Positions 50,970 to 63,381 of a stretch of DNA of 64,000 bases are shown piece after piece. The notes under the pieces are model-generated. The model saw nothing but the letters and a program-made list of their open reading frames with translations. It was not told where the DNA came from and made no database searches. The stretch is taken from NCBI RefSeq assembly GCF_026571515.1, contig NW_026864036.1, forward strand, positions 1 to 64,000. Reading direction: 5' to 3'. Both the position numbers and the translations under genes were made by a program. Position 1 is the stretch's first letter. Every line of letters starts with the position of its first letter. Source of the DNA: Ruditapes philippinarum (Eukaryota).

Positions 50970-51993
50970 TATAACTTTGATGTCATGTTAGATCTATTTT
51001 TCAAAAAGTTACTCATTGGCCAATTACCTGAACCATCATCAGCTTCTGTTGCTTTTTGGATTTAGTAGTTTGTATGGAAGTCAAAATACTACTTTAATTA
51101 CATTTAGTTTTTACATATAATCAGCGCCGAGTGTTGATTTTATTACATAAATGACAATATTAGTCTATGATGACCTCAAATATGGCTTTTAAAAATAAAG
51201 GAAATGAATATCTACAAGAACATTGTTTTCTATCACAAATGTGATATACGTTATCTATTAATGCCACCGGACACTCAAAAGAGCGTCTCAACTCTCAATC
51301 CAGAAGACTGATGGTACTGTCATCTTCATTTCTGGCGGATAGTGACAACTGAAACAAAATTTCTAAAATGTAAAATACCTCTCCTCTAAGTTGACTAAAA
51401 CTTTAAATTAGGCGTTGGAAAAAAACAAGTCCCATGAAAAAAAGAATACATATAATTGTTTCCAATAATCCAGATGTAAATAACTTGCAGATAATATGTG
51501 CAAGTATAATTTGGCTAAGTTTGACCCTCCTTACACAATATGACGATGGTATTTTTGTTTGCGAAGCCATGCTTTTTACATGTACACACATGATGATGTT
51601 TGATTCACTCAAAAGTATAATATATAACGCTAAATTTGACTTATCTAATACTGTGAGACAACTAAACTTTTAATCATCTGTCCATCGTTTACGAAGTCAA
51701 ATTTTTTACATGTACACAGACGATTACTAGTATGTTTGATTAAAATAAAATGTCAAGAAGAAAGAACATATTCTCGGGAAAAAGTTCGGCGCATTTATTT
51801 AATATAAATATATCAAATGCACAAACAAACAGTGATAACGAACACAATAATAAGAATGCAAGTGCACGTGTATTTCTGCAGCATATGAAATACTCAAATG
51901 TTCATGGAAGAAAAAAACAAAAAAACAATTCTTCTTCGGCGGGTCAATAACAACAAAAACATTTTAAGTCACAGTGCACGTAAATGACTTGAT

Positions 51994-52184
51994 CTAAGGT
52001 CCGCTGCACGTGGATGACCGGAACTGACAGCTCTTCACATTGTCGTCCCATTTCAAGTTGAGAGGACAAGGTCTTGGCCACAATCCACTGGCAGCGCACG
52101 TGACATAGTGACTACACCCTTTGCAACCTTGGTAGTCGCCTTCTGGTTTATTGAAACAGTCATTTATGTTGCTCACACATCCAC
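51994..52184 (-). CDS. Exon 15: CBM14 chitin-binding domain
   Basis: CVSNINDCFNKPEGDYQGCKGCSHYVTCAASGLWPRPCPLNLKWDDNVKSCQFRSSTC, stop TAG. Confidence 0.88.
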
Positions 52185-55100
52185 CTGGGGAATAAAAAAA
52201 TTCATAACATAAGAGCGAAAGAAGTTCATAGTTCAAACTATAAACCGATTTACCCATTTAGCTTTATCACGTCTAATTCTAAGTCACTTTTGATATCGCC
52301 CTACATAATTGTATGTTACAGAGATGTTAAAGAAAGGGTGATAATGCAAAGCGCACGTGGCATGAAAAGATACCCGTATAAAAAATTATATTGTTACAGC
52401 ACTTAGATGTTTAAGTATTCTTTACTGCGTTTGATAATCATATGGTAAAACCTCTGTTGAGCAACACCCTTTGGGAGATAAATATTTTGGTAATTAAGAG
52501 GTAATTGCTTTACAAAGGGTCACTATGCAGGGGTTATACTGTATTTGAATAGATATTGAATAAGTAATTCCTATATTTTTGTAATTAGAGTTTAAAGTTC
52601 AGATAAGTCTGACACTAATCGAGAAATTTCGTTAATTGGAGAGGAGATCTTGTCGTAAAATAAGGAAGAGAATAAATCCAACATACCAACAAATATATTG
52701 CCATTTGTGCTCACTACAGGTACACCAGGACGAGTTGGCAGCGCAATATGTACTGAAATAAATGAATTAATATACTAACACTGTCAGTGATTTGTTTTCA
52801 TGGCTATTTATTTATAAAGCTAAACGTATGTTTTTATCTTCTTATGGAAGTTAAACATATGAGTTTTTCTTATGAAAGTGAAACATAGCCATTTTGACTT
52901 ATGGAAGCTTAACCTCGAATATTGGCTTATAAAAGGTAAATCTATGATTTTTAACTCATGAAAACAAAACTTAGTAGTAAATTTTGACCTATCAAACTAA
53001 ATCTAAAAATTTTGATTTATTAACCTATGAATTGTTAGTTATATTTCTAGAATTAAAATACAATTTATTCAATGAATGAATAGTAAAATCCAATTTCATT
53101 ATTAGGAAGAAGTCCTATTGAAAAAAAACGCTTTCTTGAATCTTAAGATATCATAATAATGCGAAAAAAGTTCCTTCACAATTTTATCATTTATGATACC
53201 GCTGTAGAGAAGAATCATCAATTCATTTATGTTAATATATATGTCTTAATAAAAGAAGTACCTGTTGGTGGTGGTTTGGGTGTTGTTGTTGATTGTGACA
53301 TTGTTGACGTCTGCATTTTGGTCGTAGGAACAAACGCTGCTGTAGGCGGGGTTTTCGGATTGATGACTAATGATGGCGTGTTAACTGGCGGTTTCCAATC
53401 TGATACATAAACAAAACAAACATATGAGGCAAAAAACAAGGCACATTTTTATTGTACAATGTACAATATACATTATGTCTAACAAATATAGAGGAGGAAT
53501 GACATTTAATATATTTTAAATCATATCACCACGAAGAAACATGTGTCATATCTAGGATTCGAACTCACTATTCCGCGGTACCTATGTATGCATACCTATG
53601 ACTTAAGAATTATATTGCGTCTATCGAGAAAGGGACAAAAACAGATGATGTAAACATTTATGACAGTAGGACATTTTTGAACTTCCAAATCTTCCGGTGA
53701 AATTAACAAAAAATAGTTGAAAGTATGAACAATCTACCCCCGGATTCATATGGAACGTATATACACTTACATTTATCTTTCTCACATATGAAATTTCGTT
53801 TTAAATCACAGTTGTCATCATTCAGTTCTCTATTCCAGAAATCCCCGCAATGTTCACCATATCCGCCGTTGTCTGGCTGGCCCTTTTTCCATGGTCTGAA
53901 AGAAAAAAAGTCCCTCTTAACATGTTAGGTATTCCGTCTATATGTATATACCTTTCACAAAGCAGTCAAACTCGTTCTCATCCCTTTCTCTTAAATATTT
54001 TTAACTTACATTGAACTTTATTTCATATGGGTATTTACATTTCAAGCAATAGACAATGTACTTGAATAAGATTGTCAAATATTTTGCATAAAATACGAGT
54101 TTCATTTCTCTACTGATAACATAAGAATAGAAGTTTCCAAGGAAACATACGTTTCTTTTACCGTCCTTTATGTCTTCTACCAAGTGTTTGGAGGAGAATG
54201 AACGCGTATCATTAACCCAAAACTACGACATTGATGTCTAAATAAGCACCAAATGAGCAAGATTTGTCCGAGAAGGCTAAACCCTAACTTAAAATATTCA
54301 CGTAATTACTTACAATATTTTCGTATCAAGAGCTTTTCCGTCCGTCCATTTATAATCTTTGGTGTCCTTCCTGGGGACATTACTTAACCCAATCCACCAT
54401 AAACTAACAGGACTTGCACTGATCTTCTTCAATATAAAGTCCTGCAACATACCAAACTCTCTAGTGTAAGACCTTGTCATTGTATTGACCAGGGGGGAGG
54501 GTGCTCACGTGACATTAGTGTAATGCTAATAGTGTAAATTACCATTATATCTTTGATAAGGTCATGATTGATCTTTTAATGTAATGGAGATTTGATATTA
54601 CAATACATATTGAATGATTTATTTTGGCGACATTTCTCAAATTACATTAAAGACTTTTCAATGCCTAGTTAATATATTTCAAAGTATTCGGCAATCTTTT
54701 TCCATTCCAAAATATTCCTGTAAATCACTAGTACATTAAAGATTCCTACAAGACGATCGTAACTTATTTATTAGATGCATGTAATAAATGTCTAGTTTTC
54801 GAAGCTGGGTATCGACCTCACGCTCCCCGGATATGACGTCAGGCAGACTATCCCGAAAAGTAGACAATCCAAACATGTGACATAAATCTTACCCGTTCCG
54901 GAATAGATTCAATATCTACAAGATGTCCATGGTTCAATAAACATATTCGGTTGGAGTCCTTCCACGAAAGAGTTTTGTTGGAGAAAAGATAGCATGTGTT
55001 TGTTCCGGGTAACTCCACCCAGCCCGGGTCACATTTGCCAAGGTCAGCTGATATAGAAATATATTTCATGATTAAGTCAGGATTACAGAATAAATCAGAA

Positions 55101-58100
55101 GTAGGAACAATAAAAGAAATTTTGTGACGAGATGATTTTTTCCCGCCAAATGTAACATTTGGAACACCTTACCGACTCCAAATACTAAGTAACATGCTTC
55201 CGTTGTTTGGTGAAAAGGGCCGAAAAGTTGTGATTGCTTTCGTAAATAATTAGTGATTCACAAGTTAACATACTCATTTCATCAACATTTTTTTTAAAAA
55301 AAAGGATGAATCAAAATAGCATGACTCCAGATTCTGGCAATTTTAATTCATTAAAATGTAAACTATTGTCAACCGAACAAAGAAAGTAATTTAGAAATTG
55401 CAAATGGCACTTTAGATAAAAAATAACGAAAACTAGGTCATTTGTAAAAATAGCACTTACTCCGTTAGTCACGCAGTAGAAATATGGTCATAACTGCAAA
55501 ATCAGTCATTAATTGCAAATAACATGTGAAATATTTATTGAATTATGAATGCCTTTACTTTTCTTAAAATAATAGTACATTTTTCTCAAGGTTTATGTTT
55601 TAAAAGCATGCCGCTTAAAAGTTTCTGACGCATTTCCTACTTGCAATTTCCTACCACTATAAAAAACCCAACTTTTTCACTAACATTTTCCGTTTTTCAA
55701 TAATCTGTATAACATTATACAAATAAATTGAAGCCGATGGACAAAGAAATTTGCTACCTTGTCCTTTGAATTAGCTCTTCTATGTCCCTTTGTGCAATAA
55801 ATATTTAAATTTTGAAATTCTTAGATGAACTTATTTCGATATTTATGCCACTAAATCCTTTTCTTTCATTTACATGTACATGTATATTATTTCGTGCATA
55901 TCCTATATCGCACATACTGGATAACAAATGCATTAATATTTGAACGGCATTCCGATACTTAGATATACATGTACTTATTTAATTTGAAAAATCGACTTAT
56001 TTAAAAATCCTTTTTGCAAACTCACGTGCTCAATGTCAAAGGTCAAACTTACTGGTGATGGCCTGGCAGCCGATGGCATCAAACCTCAGAGCAATTTGAT
56101 TATGCCAAGACTGTGGTTGAATCCTCAAAAATCTTGCTATAAACGGGCAGTCAAACATGTGGGTCACTAAGGAATCTTCATCTATATTTCCCTTGAATAA
56201 CTGTCAAATAAAATGCCACCTTATGTTTTATTATATGTTATGATGTAAAAAAAGCACAGAGCAGATTGTGAAGGTTAAAATTAGCTGTGTAAGCCCTTCA
56301 AAGGAAGCCTGGCATGGTGTCTGTTTTATGCAAGAAAATTAATGAACACGATTACTTTTCTGCATGTTTTTCTTTCAGTTTGTTATTTTATTTCATTTGA
56401 AGTAGATCTAAGTTTATTATTAGACATGCATTTAAAAATACTTTATGCCAAAAATAATTTCAAGTTTTACCATATCTTTTCCACTTGCGTCCTTGACAGT
56501 GTCCCAGTTTCTCCCGTCGTTGCTATAGGATACCTTGTACTCGGTGACCCTTTGTACACAACACAAGGTCAATGGGTTCAAGTGGCGTCCTTGTGTAACC
56601 ACGCCGCGAACGAGACTTGGGCGCATAAATTCAACCTGAAATTATTTTTGTGTAAAATAACATTTTAAGGAAGTGGATGGGGACGTTAAAGGGAAAGATA
56701 ATTAGAAATCTATATTAAGTCAAAACAGAAGACTTTTGATTAAGTCCACAATTATATCTCTAATGTCGACATTCAATGATTTTTTGTTTACACCATTGCT
56801 TGTCTGTAGAGGATCTTTCAATGAACGACAATTTGGTAGGTAGTTGGTAGTTGGATATTCGAAAATACAACTACCTACTATAGCTGTTAGTAAGTTATTC
56901 GTATTTCCCAACTATTTAACAGCAGGTAACTGGTTATTCAATCCATTATTACCAGCATGAAATGTTTGAACGTATCATACATTATTAAACACAGAATAAA
57001 GGAGGGGGACCTAGTTAGTTATTCGCGCGAATCCCCAACTACATACCAGAACGTAGTTGGCAATTCGAACCCTCAAAACAGATAGTAGGTTTATTAGGAG
57101 CTTTGAGAGCGAATCAAAGCACCGAAAGCACTAATGTCCGGTAGCTGAAATCGACACGTGTTTCGACTGACACGATTGTGTTGTACACATAGAAATGAAA
57201 TTAGCTTTTATGGTTTATTGTAGAATTGTATGTATTATTCTGCCTTTAATTTATTCGATCATTTTATTTGAGGCGTATGCTTCCTTAAATTCAGTCAGAA
57301 TAAATAATAAATCTTATCATCATCTTAATTTGACATCGTACTTTGAAATGTAAGTTGAAACTATATTTATAGTTGAAAGATGTTTAAAAAGTATCGACAT
57401 CTAGACTTAATAAAGCTGATTCTAGGTTACACTGGATCATAAAGTTTACCCAATGGCAACACCAACCTGGATGTATTGGTTTTTGTCTGGAACGCCTGCT
57501 GTCCAAGCACCTCTATAAAAAGTTCCATTCCCGTAATCATAAGCTGTAGTAAACAAACGGGACCTGTCTGGTCCGTTGTTGTCATTTGGAAGATGTGAAC
57601 TCCACGAACTTGTTGCTGTCAAGTGACTGTCTGGAACGCCGTGCTGTCCGGAAACAAGATACTCGTGACACGCTTGTGCCCCTGCATAAAAAACAATTAT
57701 GTTTTATGCAACCTGTTGATTAGCCTTCTTTTTTATTTAACCTATTAATTTGCTTTCTTTTTTCTTAAAATCCGTTAATGTGTCTTCCTTTTTTTAAAAA
57801 AACCCGTACATTTGCCTTCCTTTTTCATGTAACCTGTTAATCATCCTTATTTTAACTCGAGTATTCATGTTATCTTAACAAAGTTGTTGGCATTTAAGTG
57901 CATAAACACATGTGTTTATTTACAATGATAATAGGTAAACAAAAATACTTCTTACAACAATAAATATATAAATGAAAAATGAATAAGCAACTAAATAAAT
58001 CCCCTAAAATATAAAAAAGGTGTTTGTAAAATATCAAAACTGTTAAATAACCTTGAGGAGCGTTAGCGAGTACGTGGAATGGTATATACGGAGGTAATGT

Positions 58101-61100
58101 TGTCATCTGAGTCGTTGGGCGTGTAGTGGTCGTAGTCATTGTTGTGGATGTTGTCGTGGGTGTGGTTGTGCTTGTTGATGTTGAAGTTGAAGTGGTCGTG
58201 GGCGTGGTCGTAGTTGTTGATGTCGTGGTGGGTGTGGTTGTAGTAGTTGATGTTGTGGTGGGCGTTGTCGTGGTTGTTGTCGGAGTAGTTGATGTTGTAG
58301 TAGGTGTGGTAGTTGTCGTAGATGTTGTTGTGGGCGTAGTAGTTGTAGTTGATGTTGTTGTGGGCGTGGTAGTTGTAGTTGATGTAGTGGTGGGTGTGGT
58401 CGTTGTAGTTGATGTTGAAGTCGATGTTGACGTTGAAGTTGATGTTGTTGTAGGCGTGGTTGATGTTGTCGATGGTGTTGTAGAACTTGTTGTTTGCGTT
58501 GAAGTAGAGGCTGTAGTAGGTGTTGTAGGCGGAGATAAAGGTAAACAATAGTATGTAACCTATGGAATGGATGAAAAAGCGCAATAAAAAACAAATCATA
58601 AAATAATCAAATTTAAGAAGAAAAAATGTAAATTTCAAAATATCATTAAGCCTCCAAAATGATAATAATAATAATTATAATGATAAAATTGAATAAAATG
58701 ACATTTTACCCACAGATAAATATTTTACATACATTGTACTCCATTTTCCCGTCTTAAAAAATAATTAGGTAATCAGATAGTGAACATGTCAAGAAAGACA
58801 AAGTATGTTAAACTTGAAAAAAACGAATACCTGTAGATATTTAGCGATCCCCGGACATGGGTCTTTCACCTGGAGCCATGAGGTGGATGAAGTAATTATA
58901 CAGGAACTCTGGTGATCGCAATAATTGTGAACTGTCTTATTGCTATTTGGACCGCCCACACAATGGAAGCTGCCGGACGGCAGATTGCTTGGATTGCATG
59001 ACTGTGGATTGGTCCGCCCATAAAATACAGTGTTAATTAAAATTTCAAATCCCGGTGGGCATCGCAGAAAAGCTTTCTTTGGTGGACACACAAGCGAAGA
59101 TTTTGCTCCTGTTTGAAATTGATAAATGTGGATAAAGTTACAGGAATGAACATTGAGGAACTGTTTTGTGTTTCAATTTAAGACAAATAATTAAATAATA
59201 AATTTAATATCATTTAATAATTGTAATACTTTCTTACTTATAATTGACTTTAGATATGTATATACAATAGACTTTAGATATGTATATACAATAATTATTT
59301 CCACTAGACAGGAATTAAATAATCGATATAATATAGAAATTGCGCTTAAATGCACCCGGCAAAAATACATTTTATGAGATTCTTTACCAGGTGGAAGTGT
59401 TGTTTGTGGCATTGTGGGAGGAGCAGTTGTCATTGTGGGTGTGCTCGTAGCTGTGGAAGGCGTCGTCGTTTTTGTTGTAGGCGTGGTTTTCTGTAAAACA
59501 ACAAAGACATTAATAATATATATCGAAAGATTTACACAGATATAACTTGTATGTAAAAATGACCGAAATGTATGAATATAATTTCGAATAATGGACAGTA
59601 ACGTAACACATATAAAGTAGTGCTTTGATGTAAATTATGGAATTATTTTTTAAAAAAGGAACAAGTTTTACGACACGCCAGGGTCTTTCAACTAGAATGG
59701 TCTGGATTCGCACCAATTTTACGAAAAAAAGATGTCTTGGCCGAGTCACGTGATTAGGCTGTCCATCGACCGTGATCTGGCACGGTACATCACCGCTCAA
59801 AAATTAAATTATAAAATAATGTGTTGTTAAATCGATCAAAAATTACTGAGAACAAATCCTGCCTACAATTCATTAACAGTTTTTACTTTGTATAGATTTG
59901 CATTGAAATTAGAATGTTTCGTTCCCGGTGTAAAGGTAAAAATCTACCGCTCATATTTGAAAATAGGTCCTAGTTTTATAAGCTTTTTTAAATTTATGCA
60001 TTGTTCAATCACAAAATAAAGATTCATTTTACAAAGAAAAAATGTTATTTCATCCTATCATGTAAAGATTTTATAATATTTCACGGTCATATTTAGACCC
60101 TGGACACGCCTACACAACGCAACACTTCAAACCATTGGTTCGATTTTCGATATTCCAAGTTAGCGGAGAAAAAATGTTTGTATTCGGGACGTCTCAATCT
60201 CAAACCAAAAGTCTTGCATCTTTATCACACGGAACCTCAATAAATCGGCTATTTTTCCCCCCGCACTGTACGTATGTAAATTTGTATGAATCGCACGTAA
60301 CTTGTTTAAATTGGAATTGTCACACTTAACATGTATAAATTTGAATATGTGCAATTGTTACACTGATACTGTTTAAACACGCATTTGCCATTGTTACTCG
60401 GTACTAACACAAATAACGACATTGTACCTCAAAGCATGTACGGAAACATATTTGTTACTCGGAACAAGTGTATTAATTATTAACGCGAAAATGATACACT
60501 AAGTAATAAATACGCGATTTACCTACGAAAAAAATACGCCTTATTGACAAGAAACCGTCTTGGCAGTATCAATTTTTATGAATGTTTTATAATAGTTATA
60601 AAAAAAAAATCGGCGGGGAAATTATACTCTATATAGAAAACACATAATATTCCAAGTCTACATCAGTTAGACCGACATTATTATTGTGAAGACGAATACC
60701 GTTGTTGGAGTAGAAGTTGTTTGGGTTGGAGTTGTCTTCGACAGAGTTGTCGTCGGAATGTCGCATGTGTAGCTAACTTGCAGGTATTTTGGAATTCCGG
60801 TACAAGGATCCGGACCTAGTTTTGTCCAATCGTTGGCGACTTTGCAGGATGGCTTACCGTTGCAAAGACCTTCGACGTATTTTGACGCGGCAGGTCCACC
60901 TTTGCAGTTTGCCCCGGTTACTACGGTGCCGAAGGGGTTGCACAATGTTGGTGGCGAAGGTGGTAATCGGCCCCATAGCACGTGGGTAATCCAGACAACT
61001 TTACCGGCGGGACAGGTGAAGGTGTGGTCTTTGGTCTCACATATAGTAATCTGAGCTGGGAAAATAAAAAGAAATATCACCGTTCACAAGATTTCTACGA

Positions 61101-63381
61101 TAATCTTTACAAAACGTCAGCAAGGTCTAAATTTGACTTGCAAGACGTAACAAATAATCAAATACGTAAAAAGTAGATTCATTCTGATCAAAGTACTGAG
61201 TACTGAAATACAGATTAACTGGCTTTCTGTTAGCATTTTGTTTTAAAATAACAGACTAATTATGAAATGCTTATTTTCTATATGTATTTTTTGGTTATTT
61301 GAAGAAAAAAGCAACATTTTCATGGTGCTTGCTTACTTTCTTAAAAATCCAAAACGAGAAACAATTTCTGTTCTTTACTCGATATTTAGCAGTTTCATAA
61401 TTCTGAAATTACTCGTTTCCGTCAAATCACGTGATAACATTTTACTCATTTTCAAATGAAAGTTTTTACATAATTGGTTATAATTACTTCACTCACTCTG
61501 TCTTGGCGATAAGGTTGTAGTCTTGTATGTTACTGCATTTGATGGCGTTGTCGTTTTTAGTGTTGTCGTCTGCTGTTTTGGTGACGTCACAACAGGTGTT
61601 GTTTTTGTTGTTGTTTGAGGAGAATTAGGGGGAGCAATTGTCGGGACAATACATCGATAGTCTACTTTCAGAAATTTAGGTTCACCAGGGCAGGGATCGC
61701 CAAGAAGTAAATACGAGTTTGTTAGGATACACTTTGACTTTGCCGCGCATTGTTTGTTAACGTAGTTATCAGCCTGTGTACCGCCGATACAATTATAGTT
61801 GGCGATGTTTTTGTTGTACGGGTTGCATGTTCTGTCCGGTAAAGCTCGAGTCCTTCCGTATAATATCGTAACAATATTGATTTCTTTTCCGAGAGGACAT
61901 GTGATGGTTCCCGGCCCAAGCGTCTCACAGACGGTTATCGTCTGCAACGTTTGCGCAAGAGATTGTTTGCCACTCACAATCAACAGCACTGAAATATATA
62001 CAATAATTTACATATTATCATATTGTAAACTTCCACCTTGTTTTAATAGTCACCTTTTAATAATAAAATACCGAAATAGCCGTTAGTACTATCGAGTCTT
62101 TTTATGTTTAATTCATTTAGCCAAACAAAATGTTTATTGTTTGAAGAAAGAAAGATACTTCTGAAAAACTTCTTTCTTTTCTGTCTTTCATTAAGAGAAA
62201 ACAAAACACAAGAAACTAAAGTATGAAATACGAGAAAGATCCATTGGGAATTAAATTTTGTTACTGAAAATTTTTATTTTAATGATAAAAGTAATCCATA
62301 TTCTTTGCAATAAATATATTGAACATGGTGCTAAAGTGAAGTGGCTTCAAGAAGACGGTGTATAGATACGGCATTGCTTCCTGTAGTTTTCCTCATTCCC
62401 TCATCAACGCTGGATGTTTTAATAACGAGCTGATGAGAAGTCATTTTAAAACGCAAGAAATTAAAGGAACTCCACTTGGGTCAAAAAGCCAAAGAAAATC
62501 AAATGTAAATTTTCTTTCATAGATCAATCTGGACACTTAAACAGAACAATATGAAAAAGATAATTAAAATATATATATGTAAATCGTGTGTTTGAGCTTT
62601 CATAGCCCAATGAATGAAAGCGTTATTTTGGGTCAATTTTGACAAGTAAGATAATTATTTAGAAAAAAAACGGTAAGAGCGAACTATCTCAAATTTTGCA
62701 CAATAGTTCATTTATGGTAAGTACCCACTTAAAAAAATGTTTCCGACTCCGTCATGTCACAAAAACAAACTCAGTGGAGTCCCTTTTATATTTAGCATTT
62801 GAAATATTTTTAAGCTAATTAATGTCATATATTACTTACGGTAAAAATAAAAGGTCGTTGACTTTGAATGAGTTGACCCTTACCGCTGTGAGGTTCGAAT
62901 CCCGAAAGGGGTATTGGATTCTTTCTTTCTTTCTTCGTTAAGAAAGATAGAAGGTCAGTGGTTTTACTCAGGCCACGTGCCTGAAATAATATATATACGG
63001 AGGGCCACTTGAGGTACTTTACCAGTAAGGCTGGAAAATCACCTCTTTACCTTTACAGTTTCAGATGGATTTAGAATTTAGCCAAAAGGTGAATAATATC
63101 TATTGATATTTTTACCATGGTTTTTATCAATCAAGGAACAAAATTAGTCACTCTACAGCGTTATGATATTGAGAATTATTATATTTTATTTGAAACGATT
63201 TACTCGGTTAAATTTAAAACACAAAAGGCCATCGATAAATGTTTACATAAGGAATAAATAACTGGACATATAAATATTTAGTTTTCAACTCCAATATGTT
63301 CATATTCAATTAGAAAAAAAGTAACACTGAAAATCATATAACAATCTTACCATGGAGTATATAGTCCAATACCCTAGCCAT
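51994..63381 (-). CDS. Secreted mosaic lectin/mucin, 15 exons, 1032 aa: SP-3xSUEL-Thr mucin-F5/8C-CTLD-CBM14
   Basis: Exons 63381-63351, 61988-61497, 61055-60700, 59490-59388, 59108-58831, 58559-58052, 57681-57467, 56635-56471, 56200-56053, 55047-54893, 54441-54314, 53895-53771, 53399-53262, 52752-52687, 52184-51994. All GT-AG, phases compatible, 3099 nt in total; AATAAA at 51794-51799 on the minus strand. Confidence 0.88.
52687..52752 (-). CDS. Exon 14: linker
   Basis: tttcag|VHIALPTRPGVPVVSTNGNIFV|gtatgt, phase 1-1. Confidence 0.7.
53262..53399 (-). CDS. Exon 13: Pro/Thr-rich linker
   Basis: WKPPVNTPSLVINPKTPPTAAFVPTTKMQTSTMSQSTTTPKPPPT, phase 1-1. Confidence 0.8.
53771..53895 (-). CDS. 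Exon 12: C-type lectin C-terminal part (QPD)
   Basis: PWKKGQPDNGGYGEHCGDFWNRELNDDNCDLKRNFICEK. Confidence 0.9.
54314..54441 (-). CDS. Exon 11: C-type lectin middle (WIGL)
   Basis: DFILKKISASPVSLWWIGLSNVPRKDTKDYKWTDGK. Confidence 0.9.
54893..55047 (-). CDS. Exon 10: C-type lectin N-terminal part
   Basis: CDPGWVELPGTNTCYLFSNKTLSWKDSNRICLLNHGHLVDIES. Confidence 0.9.
56053..56200 (-). CDS. Exon 9: F5/8 type C C-terminal part
   Basis: LFKGNIDEDSLVTHMFDCPFIARFLRIQPQSWHNQIALRFDAIGC. Confidence 0.9.
56471..56635 (-). CDS. Exon 8: F5/8 type C middle
   Basis: VEFMRPSLVRGVVTQGR...VTEYKVSYSNDGRNW. Confidence 0.9.
57467..57681 (-). CDS. Exon 7: F5/8 type C N-terminal part
   Basis: CHEYLVSGQHGVPDSHLTATSSW...GPDRSRL...GAWTAGVPDKNQYIQ. 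Confidence 0.9.
58052..58559 (-). CDS. Exon 6: end of SUEL3 plus mucin-like Thr-rich tract
   Basis: VTYYC followed by ~10-aa repeats PTTTSTTTTT; phase 0-1. This reading frame is mostly missing from the ORF track. Confidence 0.85.
58126..58530 (-). repeat. Coding 30-bp tandem repeat (TPTTTSTTTT)
   Basis: ACN-rich units with variable third codon positions. Confidence 0.85.
58831..59108 (-). CDS. Exon 5: SUEL/rhamnose-binding lectin domain 3
   Basis: C..FYGR..C..C..YCDHQSSC..DPCPGIAKYLQ. Confidence 0.9.
59388..59490 (-). CDS. Exon 4: Thr/Pro-rich linker
   Basis: KTTPTTKTTTPSTATSTPTMTTAPPTMPQTTLPP, phase 0-1. Confidence 0.8.
60700..61055 (-). CDS. Exon 3: SUEL domain 2 plus Thr linker
   Basis: ICE..CPAG..LWGR..LCNGKPSC..DPCTGIPKYLQVSYTC. 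Confidence 0.9.
61497..61988 (-). CDS. Exon 2: signal peptide end, SUEL domain 1, Thr linker
   Basis: VCE..CPLG..LYGR..QCAAKSKC..GDPCPGEPKFLKVDYRC. Confidence 0.9.
62465..62784. mobile_element. Kolobok-like MITE in intron 1 of the mosaic lectin gene
   Basis: TTAA|AGGAACTCCACT...AGTGGAGTCCCT|TTTA; the interior aligns in reverse with 28129-28415. Confidence 0.7.
62852..63060 (+). mobile_element. Degenerate tRNA-derived SINE (V-SINE-like)
   Basis: B box GGTTCGAATCCC followed by GAAGGTCAGTGGTTTTACTCAGG...CGGAGGGCCACTTGAGGT...GCTGGAAAATCACC. The family assignment is from recollection of clam SINEs and is unverified. Confidence 0.45.
63351..63381 (-). CDS. Exon 1 (coding part) of the mosaic lectin gene
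   Basis: ATG GCT AGG GTA TTG GAC TAT ATA CTC CAT G|gtaaga joins exon 2 to give signal peptide MARVLDYILHVLLIVSGKQSLA. Confidence 0.7.

Noticed and set aside
58063-58638. Val-rich (+), Gln/His-rich (-) and Asn/Tyr/His-rich (-) ORFs in the ORF track
   Set aside because: They are alternative frames or the antisense of the Thr-rich mucin exon; only the Thr frame fits the splice phases and completes SUEL3.
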